64,000 nucleotides of DNA from the human T2T-CHM13v2.0 reference genome, Homo sapiens. The stretch lies in the NCBI RefSeq assembly GCF_009914755.1, contig NC_060946.1. The stretch is one strand, 5' to 3'. Position numbers and translations under genes: made by a program. The notes below the pieces were generated by a model. That model was not told the origin of the DNA and did not search any database. It saw only the letters and a program-made list of their open reading frames with translations. The first letter of the stretch is position 1, and every line of letters starts with the position of its first letter. Below, piece after piece: positions 1 to 13,100 of this stretch.

Positions 1-65
1 GTGACTTGAATGCACACATCACAAAGAAGTTTCTGAGGATGCTGCTGTCTACTTTTTATACGTAA

Positions 66-82
66 TCCCGTTTCCAACGAAA
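66..82 (-). promoter_or_regulatory. CENP-B box 1 of the HOR (same offset in each unit; disrupted in U14, U16, U17, U21, U45)
   Basis: Plus strand tcccgtttccaacgaaa = minus strand TTTCGTTGGAAACGGGA, matching the established YTTCGTTGGAARCGGGA consensus. Confidence 0.96.
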
Positions 83-236
83 TCCTCCAAGCTATCCAAA
101 TATCCACTTGCAGATTCCACAGAAAGACTGTTTCAAAACTGCTCTGTCAATAGAAAGGTTCAACTCTGTTAGCTGCGTGCATATATCCCAAAGAAGATTC
201 TGAGATTGCTTCTGTCTAGTTTTTATGGGAAGATAT

Positions 237-253
237 TTCCCTTTTCACCGTAG
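237..253 (-). other. pJalpha-type (A-box) motif of A-type monomers; equivalents at 579-595, 921-937 and 1263-1279 in each HOR
   Basis: ttcccttttcaccgtag, tccctttatcaccatgg, ttgctttttcaccgtag and ttcctttctcaccatag lie 171 bp after each CENP-B box. They resemble TTCCTTTTYCACCRTAG, each with at least one mismatch. Confidence 0.8.
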
Positions 254-407
254 GCGTCAAGGCGCTCCAAATGTCCACTTCCAGATACTACAAAAAGAGT
301 GTTTCAAACCTACTCTGTGAAAGCGAATATTCAACTCTGTGACTTGAATGCACATATCACAAAGAAGTTTCTGAGAATGCTTCTGTCGAGATTTTATATG
401 AAGATAT

Positions 408-424
408 TCCCGTTTCCAACGAAA
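408..424 (-). promoter_or_regulatory. CENP-B box 2 of the HOR (disrupted in U38)
   Basis: tcccgtttccaacgaaa, 342 bp after box 1. Confidence 0.96.
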
Positions 425-749
425 TCCTGAAATCTATCCAAATATCCCCTCGCAGATTCTACAAAAAGAGTGTTTCAAAACTGCTCTGTAAAAAGAAAGG
501 TTCAACTCTGTTAGTTGAGTACACACATCACAAACAAGTTTCACAGAATGCTTCTTTCTAGCTTGTAGGGGAAGATATTCCCTTTATCACCATGGGCCTC
601 CAAACGTCCGAAACGTCCACTTCCATATACTACAAAAAGAGCGTTTCAAACCTGCTCTAGGAAAGGCAATGTTCAACTCTGTGACTTGAATGCAGACATC
701 ACAGAGCAGTTTCTGAGAATGCTTCTGTCTAGATTTTATAGGAAGATAT

Positions 750-766
750 TCCCGTTTCCAACGAAA
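750..766 (-). promoter_or_regulatory. CENP-B box 3 of the HOR (no disrupted copy noticed)
   Basis: tcccgtttccaacgaaa, 342 bp after box 2. Confidence 0.96.
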
Positions 767-1091
767 TCTTCACAGCTATCCAAATATCCACTTGCAGATT
801 CTACAAAAAGAGTGTATCAAAACTGCTCTGTCAAAAGGAAGGTTCTTCTCTGTTAGGTGAGTGCATACGTCATAAAGGAGTTTCTGAGAATGTTTCTGTC
901 TAGTGGTTATGGGAAGATATTTGCTTTTTCACCGTAGGCCTCAGAGCGCTCCAAATATCCACTTGCACATACTACAAAAAGAGTGCCTCAAAGCTGCTCT
1001 CTGAAACGGAATGTTCAACTCTATGAGTTGAATGCAAACATCACAAAGACGTTTCTGAGAATGCTTCTGTCTAGATTTGATATGAAGATAT

Positions 1092-1108
1092 TCCCGTTTC
1101 CAACGAAA
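1092..1108 (-). promoter_or_regulatory. CENP-B box 4 of the HOR (disrupted in U11 and U36)
   Basis: tcccgtttccaacgaaa, 342 bp after box 3. Confidence 0.96.
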
Positions 1109-4100
1109 TCTTCAAATCTATCCAAATGTCCACTTGCAGATTCAACAAAAAGTGTTTTTCAGAACTGCTCTATCAAAAGAAAGATCCACCTCTGTTAGCT
1201 GAGTTCACACATCACAAACAAGTTTATGAGAATGCTTCTGTCTAGTTTTTATTTGAAGATATTTCCTTTCTCACCATAGACCTGAAAGCTGTCCTAATGT
1301 TCACTTCCAGATACTACAGAAAGAGTGTTTCAAAACTGCTGTACGAAAGGGAATGTTCAACTCTGTGACTTGAATGCACACATCACAAAGAAGTTTCTGA
1401 GGATGCTGCTGTCTACTTTTTATACGTAATCCCGTTTCCAACGAAATCCTCCAAGCTATCCAAATATCCACTTGCAGATTCCACAGAAAGACTGTTTCAA
1501 AACTGCTCTGTCAATAGAAAGGTTCAACTCTGTTAGCTGCGTGCATATATCCCAAAGAAGATTCTGAGATTGCTTCTGTCTAGTTTTTATGGGAAGATAT
1601 TTCCCTTTTCACCGTAGGCGTCAAGGCGCTCCAAATGTCCACTTCCAGATACTACAAAAAGAGTGTTTCAAACCTACTCTGTGAAAGGGAATATTCAACT
1701 CTGTGACTTGAATGCACATATCACAAAGAAGTTTCTGAGAATGCTTCTGTCGAGATTTTATATGAAGATGTTCCCGTTTCCAACGAAATCCTGAAATCTA
1801 TCCAAATATCACCTCGCAGATTCTACAAAAAGAGTGTTTCAAAACTGCTCTGTAAAAAGAAAGTTTCAACTCTGTTACTTGAGTACACACATCACAAACA
1901 AGTTTCACAGAATGCTTCTTTCTAGCTTGTAGGGGAAGATATTCCCTTTATCACCATGGTCCTCAAACCGTCCGAAACGTCCACTTCCATATACTACAAA
2001 AAGAGCGTTTCAAACCTGCTCTATGAAAGGCAATGTTCAACTCTGTGACTTGAATGCAGACATCACAGAGCAGTTTCTGAGAATGCTTCTGTCTAGATTT
2101 TATAGGAAGATATTCCCGTTTCCAACGAAATCTTCACAGCTATCCAAATATCCACTTGCAGATTCTACAAAAAGAGTGTATCAAAACTGCTCTGTCAAAA
2201 GGAAGGTTCTTCTCTTTTAGGTGAGTGCATACGTCATAAAGGAGTTTCTGAGAATGTTTCTGTCTAGTGGTTATGGGAAGATATTTGCTTTTTCACCGTA
2301 GGCCTCAGAGCGCTCCAAATATCCACTTGCACATACTACAAAAAGAGTGCCTCAAAGCTGCTCTCTGAAACGGAATGTTCAACTCTATGAGTTGAATGCA
2401 AACATCACAAAGACGTTTCTGAGAATGCTTCTGTCTAGATTTGATATGAAGATATTCCCGTTTCCAACGAAATCTTCAAATCTATCCAAATGTCCACTTG
2501 CAGATTCAACAAAAAGTGTTTTTCAGAACTGCTCTATCAAAAGAAAGATCCACCTCTGTTAGCTGAGTTCACACATCACAAACAAGTTTATGAGAATGCT
2601 TCTGTCTAGTTTTTATTTGAAGATATTTCCTTTCTCACCATAGACCTGAAAGCTGTCCTAATGTTCACTTCCAGATACTACAGAAAGAGTGTTTCAAAAC
2701 TGCTGTACGAAAGGGAATGTTCAACTCTGTGACTTGAATGCACACATCACAAAGAAGTTTCTGAGGATGCTGCTGTCTACTTTTTATACGTAATCCCGTT
2801 TCCAACGAAATCCTCCAAGCTATCCAAATATCCACTTGCAGATTCCACAGAAAGACTGTTTCAAAACTGCTCTGTCAATAGAAAGGTTCAACTCTGTTAG
2901 CTGCGTGCATATATCCCAAAGAAGATTCTGAGATTGCTTCTGTCTAGTTTTTATGGGAAGATATTTCCCTTTTCACCGTAGGCGTCAAGGCGCTCCAAAT
3001 GTCCACTTCCAGATACTACAAAAAGAGTGTTTCAAACCTACTCTGTGAAAGCGAATATTCAACTCTGTGACTTGAATGCACATATCACAAAGAAGTTTCT
3101 GAGAATGCTTCTGTCGAGATTTTATATGAAGATATTCCCGTTTCCAACGAAATCCTGAAATCTATCCAAATATCCCCTCGCAGATTCTACAAAAAGAGTG
3201 TTTCAAAACTGCTCTGTAAAAAGAAAGGTTCAACTCTGTTAGTTGAGTACACACATCACAAACAAGTTTCACAGAATGCTTCTTTCTAGCTTGTAGGGGA
3301 AGATATTCCCTTTATCACCATGGGCCTCCAACCGTCCGAAACGTCCACTTCCATATACTACCAAAAGAGCGTTTCAAACCTGCTCTATGAAAGGCAATGT
3401 TCAACTCTGTGACTTGAATGCAGACATCACAGAGCAGTTTCTGAGAATGCTTCTGTCTAGATTTTATAGGAAGATATTCCCGTTTCCAACGAAATCTTCA
3501 CAGCTATCCAAATATCCACTTGCAGATTCTACAAAAAGAGTGTATCAAAACTGCTCTGTCAAAAGGAAGGTTCTTCTCTTTTAGGTGAGTGCATACGTCA
3601 TAAAGGAGTTTCTGAGAATGTTTCTGTCTAGTGGTTATGGGAAGATATTTGCTTTTTCACCGTAGGCCTCAGAGCGCTCCAAATATCCACTTGCACGTAC
3701 TACAAAAAGAGTGCCTCAAAGCTGCTCTCTGAAACGGAATGTTCAACTCTATGAGTTGAATGCAAACATCACAAAGACGTTTCTGAGAATGCTTCTGTCT
3801 AGATTTGATATGAAGATATTCCCGTTTCCAACGAAATCTTCAAATCTATCCAAATGTCCACTTGCAGATTCAACAAAAAGTGTTTTTCAGAACTGCTCTA
3901 TCAAAAGAAAGATCCACCTCTGTTAGCTGAGTTCACACATCACAAACAAGTTTATGAGAATGCTTCTGTCTAGTTTTTATTTGAAGATATTTCCTTTCTC
4001 ACCATAGACCTGAAAGCTGTCCTAATGTTCACTTCCAGATACTACAGAAAGAGTGTTTCAAAACTGCTGTACGAAAGGGAATGTTCAACTCTGTGACTTG

Positions 4101-7100
4101 AATGCACACATCACAAAGAAGTTTCTGAGGATGCTGCTGTCTACTTTTTATACGTAATCCCGTTTCCAACGAAATCCTCCAAGCTATCCAAATATCCACT
4201 TGCAGATTCCACAGAAAGACTGTTTCAAAACTGCTCTGTCAATAGAAAGGTTCAACTCTGTTAGCTGCGTGCATATATCTCAAAGAAGATTCTGAGATTG
4301 CTTCTGTCTAGTTTTTATGGGAAGATATTTCCCTTTTCACCGTAGGCGTCAAGGCGCTCCAAATGTCCACTTCCAGATACTACAAAAAGAGTGTTTCAAA
4401 CCTACTCTGTGAAAGCGAATATTCAACTCTGTGACTTGAATGCACATATCACAAAGAAGTTTCTGAGAATGCTTCTGTCGAGATTTTATATGAAGATATT
4501 CCCGTTTCCAACGAAATCCTGAAATCTATCCAAATATCCCCTCGCAGATTCTACAAAAAGAGTGTTTCAAAACTGCTCTGTAAAAAGAAAGGTTCAACTC
4601 TGTTAGTTGAGTACACACATCACAAACAAGTTTCACAGAATGCTTCTTTCTAGCTTGTAGGGGAAGATATTCCCTTTATCACCATGGGCCTCCAACCGTC
4701 CGAAACGTCCACTTCCATATACTACAAAAAGAGCGTTTCAAACCTGCTCTAGGAAAGGCAATGTTCAACTCTGTGACTTGAATGCAGACATCACAGAGCA
4801 GTTTCTGAGAATGCTTCTGTCTAGATTTTATAGGAAGATATTCCCGTTTCCAACGAAATCTTCACAGCTATCCAAATATCCACTTGCAGATTCTACAAAA
4901 AGAGTGTATCAAAACTGCTCTGTCAAAAGGAAGGTTCTTCTCTGTTAGGTGAGTGCATACGTCATAAAGGAGTTTCTGAGAATGTTTCTGTCTAGTGGTT
5001 ATGGGAAGATATTTGCTTTTTCACCGTAGGCCTCAGAGCGCTCCAAATATCCACTTGCACATACTACAAAAAGAGTGCCTCAAAGCTGCTCTTTGAAACG
5101 GAATGTTCAACTCTATGAGTTGAATGCAAACATCACAAAGACGTTTCTGAGAATGCTTCTGTCTAGATTTGATATGAAGATATTCCCGTTTCCAACGAAA
5201 TCTTCAAATCTATCCAAATGTCCACTTGCAGATTCAACAAAAAGTGTTTTTCAGAACTGCTCTATCAAAAGAAAGATCCACATCTGTTAGCTGAGTTCAC
5301 ACATCACAAACAAGTTTATGAGAATGCTTCTGTCTAGTTTTTATTTGAAGATATTTCCTTTCTCACCATAGACCTGAAAGCTGTCCTAATGTTCACTTCC
5401 AGATACTACAGAAAGAGTGTTTCAAAACTGCTGTATGAAAGGGAATGTTGAACTCTGTGACTTGAATGCACACATCACAAAGAAGTTTCTGAGGATGCTG
5501 CTGTCTACTTTTTATATGTAATCCCGTTTCCAACGAAATCCTCCAAGCTATCCAAATATCCACTTGCAGATTCCACAGAAAGACTGTTTCAAAACTGCTC
5601 TGTCAATAGAAAGGTTCAACTCTGTTAGCTGCGTGCATATATCCCAAAGAAGATTCTGAGATTGCTTCTGTCTAGTTTTTATGGGAAGATATTTCCCTTT
5701 TCACCGTAGGCGTCAAGGCGCTCCAAATGTCCACTTCCAGATACTACAAAAAGAGTGTTTCAAACCTACTCTGTGAAAGGGAATATTCAACTCTGTGACT
5801 TGAATGCACATATCACAAAGAAGTTTCTGATAATGCTTCTGTCGAGATTTTATATGAAGATATTCCCGTTTCCAACGAAATCCTGAAATCTATCCAAATA
5901 TCCCCTCGCAGATTCTACAAAAAGAGTGTTTCAAAACTGCTCTGTAAAAAGAAAGGTTCAACTCTGTTAGTTGAGTACACACATCACAAACAAGTTTCAC
6001 AGAATGCTTCTTTCTAGCTTGTAGGGGAAGATATTCCCTTTATCACCATGGGCCTCCAAACGTCCGAAACGTCCACTTCCATATACTACAAAAAGAGCGT
6101 TTCAAACCTGCTCTAGGAAAGGCAATGTTCAACTCTGTGACTTGAATGCAGACATCACAGAGCAGTTTCTGAGAATGCTTCTGTCTAGATTTTATAGGAA
6201 GATATTCCCGTTTCCAACGAAATCTTCACAGCTATCCAAATATCCACTTGCAGATTCTACAAAAAGAGTGTATCAAAACTGCTCTGTCAAAAGGAAGGTT
6301 CTTCTCTGTTAGGTGAGTGCATACGTCATAAAGGAGTTTCTGAGAATGTTTCTGTCTAGTGGTTATGGGAAGATATTTGCTTTTTCACCGTAGGCCTCAG
6401 AGCGCTCCAAATATCCACTTGCACATACTACAAAAAGAGTGCCTCAAAGCTGCTCTCTGAAACGGAATGTTCAACTCTATGAGTTGAATGCAAACATCAC
6501 AAAGACGTTTCTGAGAATGCTTCTGTCTAGATTTGATATGAAGATATTCCCGTTTCCAACGAAATCTTCAAATCTATCCAAATGTCCACTTGCAGATTCA
6601 ACAAAAAGTGTTTTTCAGAACTGCTCTATCAAAAGAAAGATCCACCTCTGTTAGCTGAGTTCACACATCACAAACAAGTTTATGAGAATGCTTCTGTCTA
6701 GTTTTTATTTGAAGATATTTCCTTTCTCACCATAGACCTGAAAGCTGTCCTAATGTTCACTTCCAGATACTACAGAAAGAGTGTTTCAAAACTGCTGTAC
6801 GAAAGGGAATGTTCAACTCTGTGACTTGAATGCACACATCACAAAGAAGTTTCTGAGGATGCTGCTGTCTACTTTTTATACGTAATCCCGTTTCCAACGA
6901 AATCCTCCAAGCTATCCAAATATCCACTTGCAGATTCCACAGAAAGACTGTTTCAAAACTGCTCTGTCAATAGAAAGGTTCAACTCTGTTAGCTGCGTGC
7001 ATATATCCCAAAGAAGATTCTGAGATTCCTTCTGTCTAGTTTTTATGGGAAGATATTTCCCTTTTCACCGTAGGCGTCAAGGCGCTCCAAATGTCCACTT

Positions 7101-10100
7101 CCAGATACTACAAAAAGAGTGTTTCAAACCTACTCTGTGAAAGGGAATATTCAACTCTGTGACTTGAATGCACATATCACAAAGAAGTTTCTGAGAATGC
7201 TTCTGTCGAGATTTTATATGAAGATATTCCCGTTTCCAACGAAATCCTGAAATCTATCCAAATATCCCCTCGCAGATTCTACAAAAAGAGTGTTTCAAAA
7301 CTGCTCTGTAAAAAGAAAGGTTCAACTCTGTTAGTTGAGTACACACATCACAAACAAGTTTCACAGAATGCTTCTTTCTAGCTTGTAGGGGAAGATATTC
7401 CCTTTATCACCATGGTCCTCAAACCGTCCGAAACGTCCACTTCCATATACTACAAAAAGAGCGTTTCAAACCTGCTCTAGGAAAGGCAATGTTCAACTCT
7501 GTGACTTGAATGCAGACATCACAGAACAGTTTCTGAGAATGCTTCTGTCTAGATTTTATAGGAAGATATTCCCGTTTCCAACGAAATCTTCACAGCTATC
7601 CAAATATCCACTTGCAGATTCTACAAAAAGAGTGTATCAAAACTGCTCTGTCAAAAGGAAGGTTCTTCTCTGTTAGGTGAGTGCATACGTCATAAAGGAG
7701 TTTCTGAGAATGTTTCTGTCTAGTGGTTATGGGAAGATATTTGCTTTTTCACCGTAGGCCTCAGAGCGCTCCAAATATCCACTTGCACATACTACAAAAA
7801 GAGTGCCTCAAAGCTGCTCTCTGAAACGGAATGTTCAACTCTATGAGTTGAATGCAAACATCACAAAGACGTTTCTGAGAATGCTTCTGTCTAGATTTGA
7901 TATGAAGATATTCCCGTTTCCAACGAAATCTTCAAATCTATCCAAATGTCCACTTGCAGATTCAACAAAAAGTGTTTTTCAGAACTGCTCTATCAAAAGA
8001 AAGATCCACCTCTGTTAGCTGAGTTCACACATCACAAACAAGTTTATGAGAATGCTTCTGTCTAGTTTTTATTTGAAGATATTTCCTTTCTCACCATAGA
8101 CCTGAAAGCTGTCCTAATGTTCACTTCCAGATACTACAGAAAGAGTGTTTCAAAACTGCTGTACGAAAGGGAATGTTCAACTCTGTGACTTGAATGCACA
8201 CATCACAAAGAAGTTTCTGAGGATGCTGCTGTCTACTTTTTATACGTAATCCCGTTTCCAACGAAATCCTCCAAGCTATCCAAATATCCACTTGCAGATT
8301 CCACAGAAAGACTGTTTCAAAACTGCTCTGTCAATAGAAAGGTTCAACTCTGTTAGCTGCGTGCATATATCCCAAAGAAGATTCTGAGATTGCTTCTGTC
8401 TAGTTTTTATGGGAAGATATTTCCCTTTTCACCGTAGGCGTCAAGGCGCTCCAAATGTCCACTTCCAGATACTACAAAAAGAGTGTTTCAAACCTACTCT
8501 GTGAAAGCGAATATTCAACTCTGTGACTTGAATGCACATATCACAAAGAAGTTTCTGAGAATGCTTCTGTCGAGATTTTATATGAAGATATTCCCGTTTC
8601 CAACGAAATCCTGAAATCTATCCAAATATCCCCTCGCAGATTCTACAAAAAGAGTGTTTCAAAACTGCTCTGTAAAAAGAAAGGTTCAACTCTGTTAGTT
8701 GAGTACACACATCACAAACAAGTTTCACAGAATGCTTCTTTCTAGCTTGTAGGGGAAGATATTCCCTTTATCACCATGGGCCTCCAACCGTCCGAAACGT
8801 CCACTTCCATATACTACAAAAAGAGCGTTTCAAACCTGCTCTAGGAAAGGCAATGTTCAACTCTGTGACTTGAATGCAGACATCACAGAGCAGTTTCTGA
8901 GAATGCTTCTGTCTAGATTTTATAGGAAGATATTCCCGTTTCCAACGAAATCTTCACAGCTATCCAAATATCCACTTGCAGATTCTACAAAAAGAGTGTA
9001 TCAAAACTGCTCTGTCAAAAGGAAGGTTCTTCTCTGTTAGGTGAGTGCATACGTCATAAAGGAGTTTCTGAGAATGTTTCTGTCTAGTGGTTATGGGAAG
9101 ATATTTGCTTTTTCACCGTAGGCCTCAGAGCGCTCCAAATATCCACTTGCACATACTACAAAAAGAGTGCCTCAAAGCTGCTCTCTGAAACGGAATGTTC
9201 AACTCTATGAGTTGAATGCAAACATCACAAAGACGTTTCTGAGAATGCTTCTGTCTAGATTTGATATGAAGATATTCCCGTTTCCAACGAAATCTTCAAA
9301 TCTATCCAAATGTCCACTTGCAGATTCAACAAAAAGTGTTTTTCAGAACTGCTCTATCAAAAGAAAGATCCACCTCTGTTAGCTGAGTTCACACATCACA
9401 AACAAGTTTATGAGAATGCTTCTGTCTAGTTTTTATTTGAAGATATTTCCTTTCTCACCATAGACCTGAAAGCTGTCCTAATGTTCACTTCCAGATACTA
9501 CAGAAAGAGTGTTTCAAAACTGCTGTACGAAAGGGAATGTTCAACTCTGTGACTTGAATGCACACATCACAAAGAAGTTTCTGAGGATGCTGCTGTCTAC
9601 TTTTTATACGTAATCCCGTTTCCAACGAAATCCTCCAAGCTATCCAAATATCCACTTGCAGATTCCACAGAAAGACTGTTTCAAAACTGCTCTGTCAATA
9701 GAAAGGTTCAACTCTGTTAGCTGCGTGCATATATCCCAAAGAAGATTCTGAGATTCCTTCTGTCTAGTTTTTATGGGAAGATATTTCCCTTTTCACCGTA
9801 GGCGTCAAGGCGCTCCAAATGTCCACTTCCAGATACTACAAAAAGAGTGTTTCAAACCTACTCTGTGAAAGGGAATATTCAACTCTGTGACTTGAATGCA
9901 CATATCACAAAGAAGTTTCTGAGAATGCTTCTGTCGAGATTTTATATGAAGATATTCCCGTTTCCAACGAAATCCTGAAATCTATCCAAATATCCCCTCG
10001 CAGATTCTACAAAAAGAGTGTTTCAAAACTGCTCTGTAAAAAGAAAGGTTCAACTCTGTTAGTTGAGTACACACATCACAAACAAGTTTCACAGAATGCT

Positions 10101-13100
10101 TCTTTCTAGCTTGTAGGGGAAGATATTCCCTTTATCACCATGGTCCTCAAACCGTCCGAAACGTCCACTTCCATATACTACAAAAAGAGCGTTTCAAACC
10201 TGCTCTAGGAAAGGCAATGTTCAACTCTGTGACTTGAATGCAGACATCACAGAACAGTTTCTGAGAATGCTTCTGTCTAGATTTTATAGGAAGATATTCC
10301 CGTTTCCAACGAAATCTTCACAGCTATCCAAATATCCACTTGCAGATTCTACAAAAAGAGTGTATCAAAACTGCTCTGTCAAAAGGAAGGTTCTTCTCTG
10401 TTAGGTGAGTGCATACGTCATAAAGGAGTTTCTGAGAATGTTTCTGTCTAGTGGTTATGGGAAGATATTTGCTTTTTCACCGTAGGCCTCAGAGCGCTCC
10501 AAATATCCACTTGCACATACTACAAAAAGAGTGCCTCAAAGCTGCTCTCTGAAACGGAATGTTCAACTCTATGAGTTGAATGCAAACATCACAAAGACGT
10601 TTCTGAGAATGCTTCTGTCTAGATTTGATATGAAGATATTCCCGTTTCCAACGAAATCTTCAAATCTATCCAAATGTCCACTTGCAGATTCAACAAAAAG
10701 TGTTTTTCAGAACTGCTCTATCAAAAGAAAGATCCACCTCTGTTAGCTGAGTTCACACATCACAAACAAGTTTATGAGAATGCTTCTGTCTAGTTTTTAT
10801 TTGAAGATATTTCCTTTCTCACCATAGACCTGAAAGCTGTCCTAATGTTCACTTCCAGATACTACAGAAAGAGTGTTTCAAAACTGCTGTACGAAAGGGA
10901 ATGTTCAACTCTGTGACTTGAATGCACACATCACAAAGAAGTTTCTGAGGATGCTGCTGTCTACTTTTTATACGTAATCCCGTTTCCAACGAAATCCTCC
11001 AAGCTATCCAAATATCCACTTGCAGATTCCACAGAAAGACTGTTTCAAAACTGCTCTGTCAATAGAAAGGTTCAACTCTGTTAGCTGCGTGCATATATCC
11101 CAAAGAAGATTCTGAGATTGCTTCTGTCTAGTTTTTATGGGAAGATATTTCCCTTTTCACCGTAGGCGTCAAGGCGCTCCAAATGTCCACTTCCAGATAC
11201 TACAAAAAGAGTGTTTCAAACCTACTCTGTGAAAGGGAATATTCAACTCTGTGACTTGAATGCACATATCACAAAGAAGTTTCTGAGAATGCTTCTGTCG
11301 AGATTTTATATGAAGATATTCCCGTTTCCAACGAAATCCTGAAATCTATCCAAATATCCCCTCGCAGATTCTACAAAAAGAGTGTTTCAAAACTGCTCTG
11401 TAAAAAGAAAGGTTCAACTCTGTTAGTTGAGTACACACATCACAAACAAGTTTCACAGAATGCTTCTTTCTAGCTTGTAGGGGAAGATATTCCCTTTATC
11501 ACCATGGGCCTCCAACCGTCCGAAACGTCCACTTCCATATACTACCAAAAGAGCGTTTCAAACCTGCTCTAGGAAAGGCAATGTTCAACTCTGTGACTTG
11601 AATGCAGACATCACAGAGCAGTTTCTGAGAATGCTTCTGTCTAGATTTTATAGGAAGATATTCCCGTTTCCAACGAAATCTTCACAGCTATCCAAATATC
11701 CACTTGCAGATTCTACAAAAAGAGTGTATCAAAACTGCTCTGTCAAAAGGAAGGTTCTTCTCTGTTAGGTGAGTGCATACGTCATAAAGGAGTTTCTGAG
11801 AATGTTTCTGTCTAGTGGTTATGGGAAGATATTTGCTTTTTCACCGTAGGCCTCAGAGCGCTCCAAATATCCACTTGCACATACTACAAAAAGAGTGCCT
11901 CAAAGCTGCTCTCTGAAACGGAATGTTCAACTCTATGAGTTGAATGCAAACATCACAAAGACGTTTCTGAGAATGCTTCTGTCTAGATTTGATATGAAGA
12001 TATTCCCGTTTCCAACGAAATCTTCAAATCTATCCAAATGTCCACTTGCAGATTCAACAAAAAGTGTTTTTCAGAACTGCTCTATCAAAAGAAAGATCCA
12101 CCTCTGTTAGCTGAGTTCACACATCACAAACAAGTTTATGAGAATGCTTCTGTCTAGTTTTTATTTGAAGATATTTCCTTTCTCACCATAGACCTGAAAG
12201 CTGTCCTAATGTTCACTTCCAGATACTACAGAAAGAGTGTTTCAAAACTGCTGTACGAAAGGGAATGTTCAACTCTGTGACTTGAATGCACACATCACAA
12301 AGAAGTTTCTGAGGATGCTGCTGTCTACTTTTTATACGTAATCCCGTTTCCAACGAAATCCTCCAAGCTATCCAAATATCCACTTGCAGATTCCACAGAA
12401 AGACTGTTTCAAAACTGCTCTGTCAATAGAAAGGTTCAACTCTGTTAGCTGCGTGCATATATCCCAAAGAAGATTCTGAGATTGCTTCTGTCTAGTTTTT
12501 ATGGGAAGATATTTCCCTTTTCACCGTAGGCGTCAAGGCGCTCCAAATGTCCACTTCCAGATACTACAAAAAGAGTGTTTCAAACCTACTCTGTGAAAGG
12601 GAATATTCAACTCTGTGACTTGAATGCACATATCACAAAGAAGTTTCTGAGAATGCTTCTGTCGAGATTTTATATGAAGATATTCCCGTTTCCAACGAAA
12701 TCCTGAAATCTATCCAAATATCCCCTCGCAGATTCTACAAAAAGAGTGTTTCAAAACTGCTCTGTAAAAAGAAAGGTTCAACTCTGTTAGTTGAGTACAC
12801 ACATCACAAACAAGTTTCACAGAATGCTTCTTTCTAGCTTGTAGGGGAAGATATTCCCTTTATCACCATGGTCCTCAAACCGTCCGAAACGTCCACTTCC
12901 ATATACTACCAAAAGAGCGTTTCAAACCTGCTCTAGGAAAGGCAATGTTCAACTCTGTGACTTGAATGCAGACATCACAGAACAGTTTCTGAGAATGCTT
13001 CTGTCTAGATTTTATAGGAAGATATTCCCGTTTCCAACGAAATCTTCACAGCTATCCAAATATCCACTTGCAGATTCTACAAAAAGAGTGTATCAAAACT

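Larger units (their letters stand above)
1..1364 (-). repeat. Representative HOR unit (U1, arbitrary phase): four A/B dimers of 342, 342, 342 and 338 bp
   Basis: CENP-B boxes start at 66, 408, 750, 1092 and then 1430. The sequence at 1365 (gtgacttgaatgcacacatcacaaagaagtttctgaggatgctgctg) repeats position 1. Confidence 0.97.

Noticed and set aside
853-864. Splice-donor-like aggtgagt in each unit
   Set aside because: A short motif arising from a variant of the alphoid ttagttgagt segment; there is no exon structure or transcript evidence.
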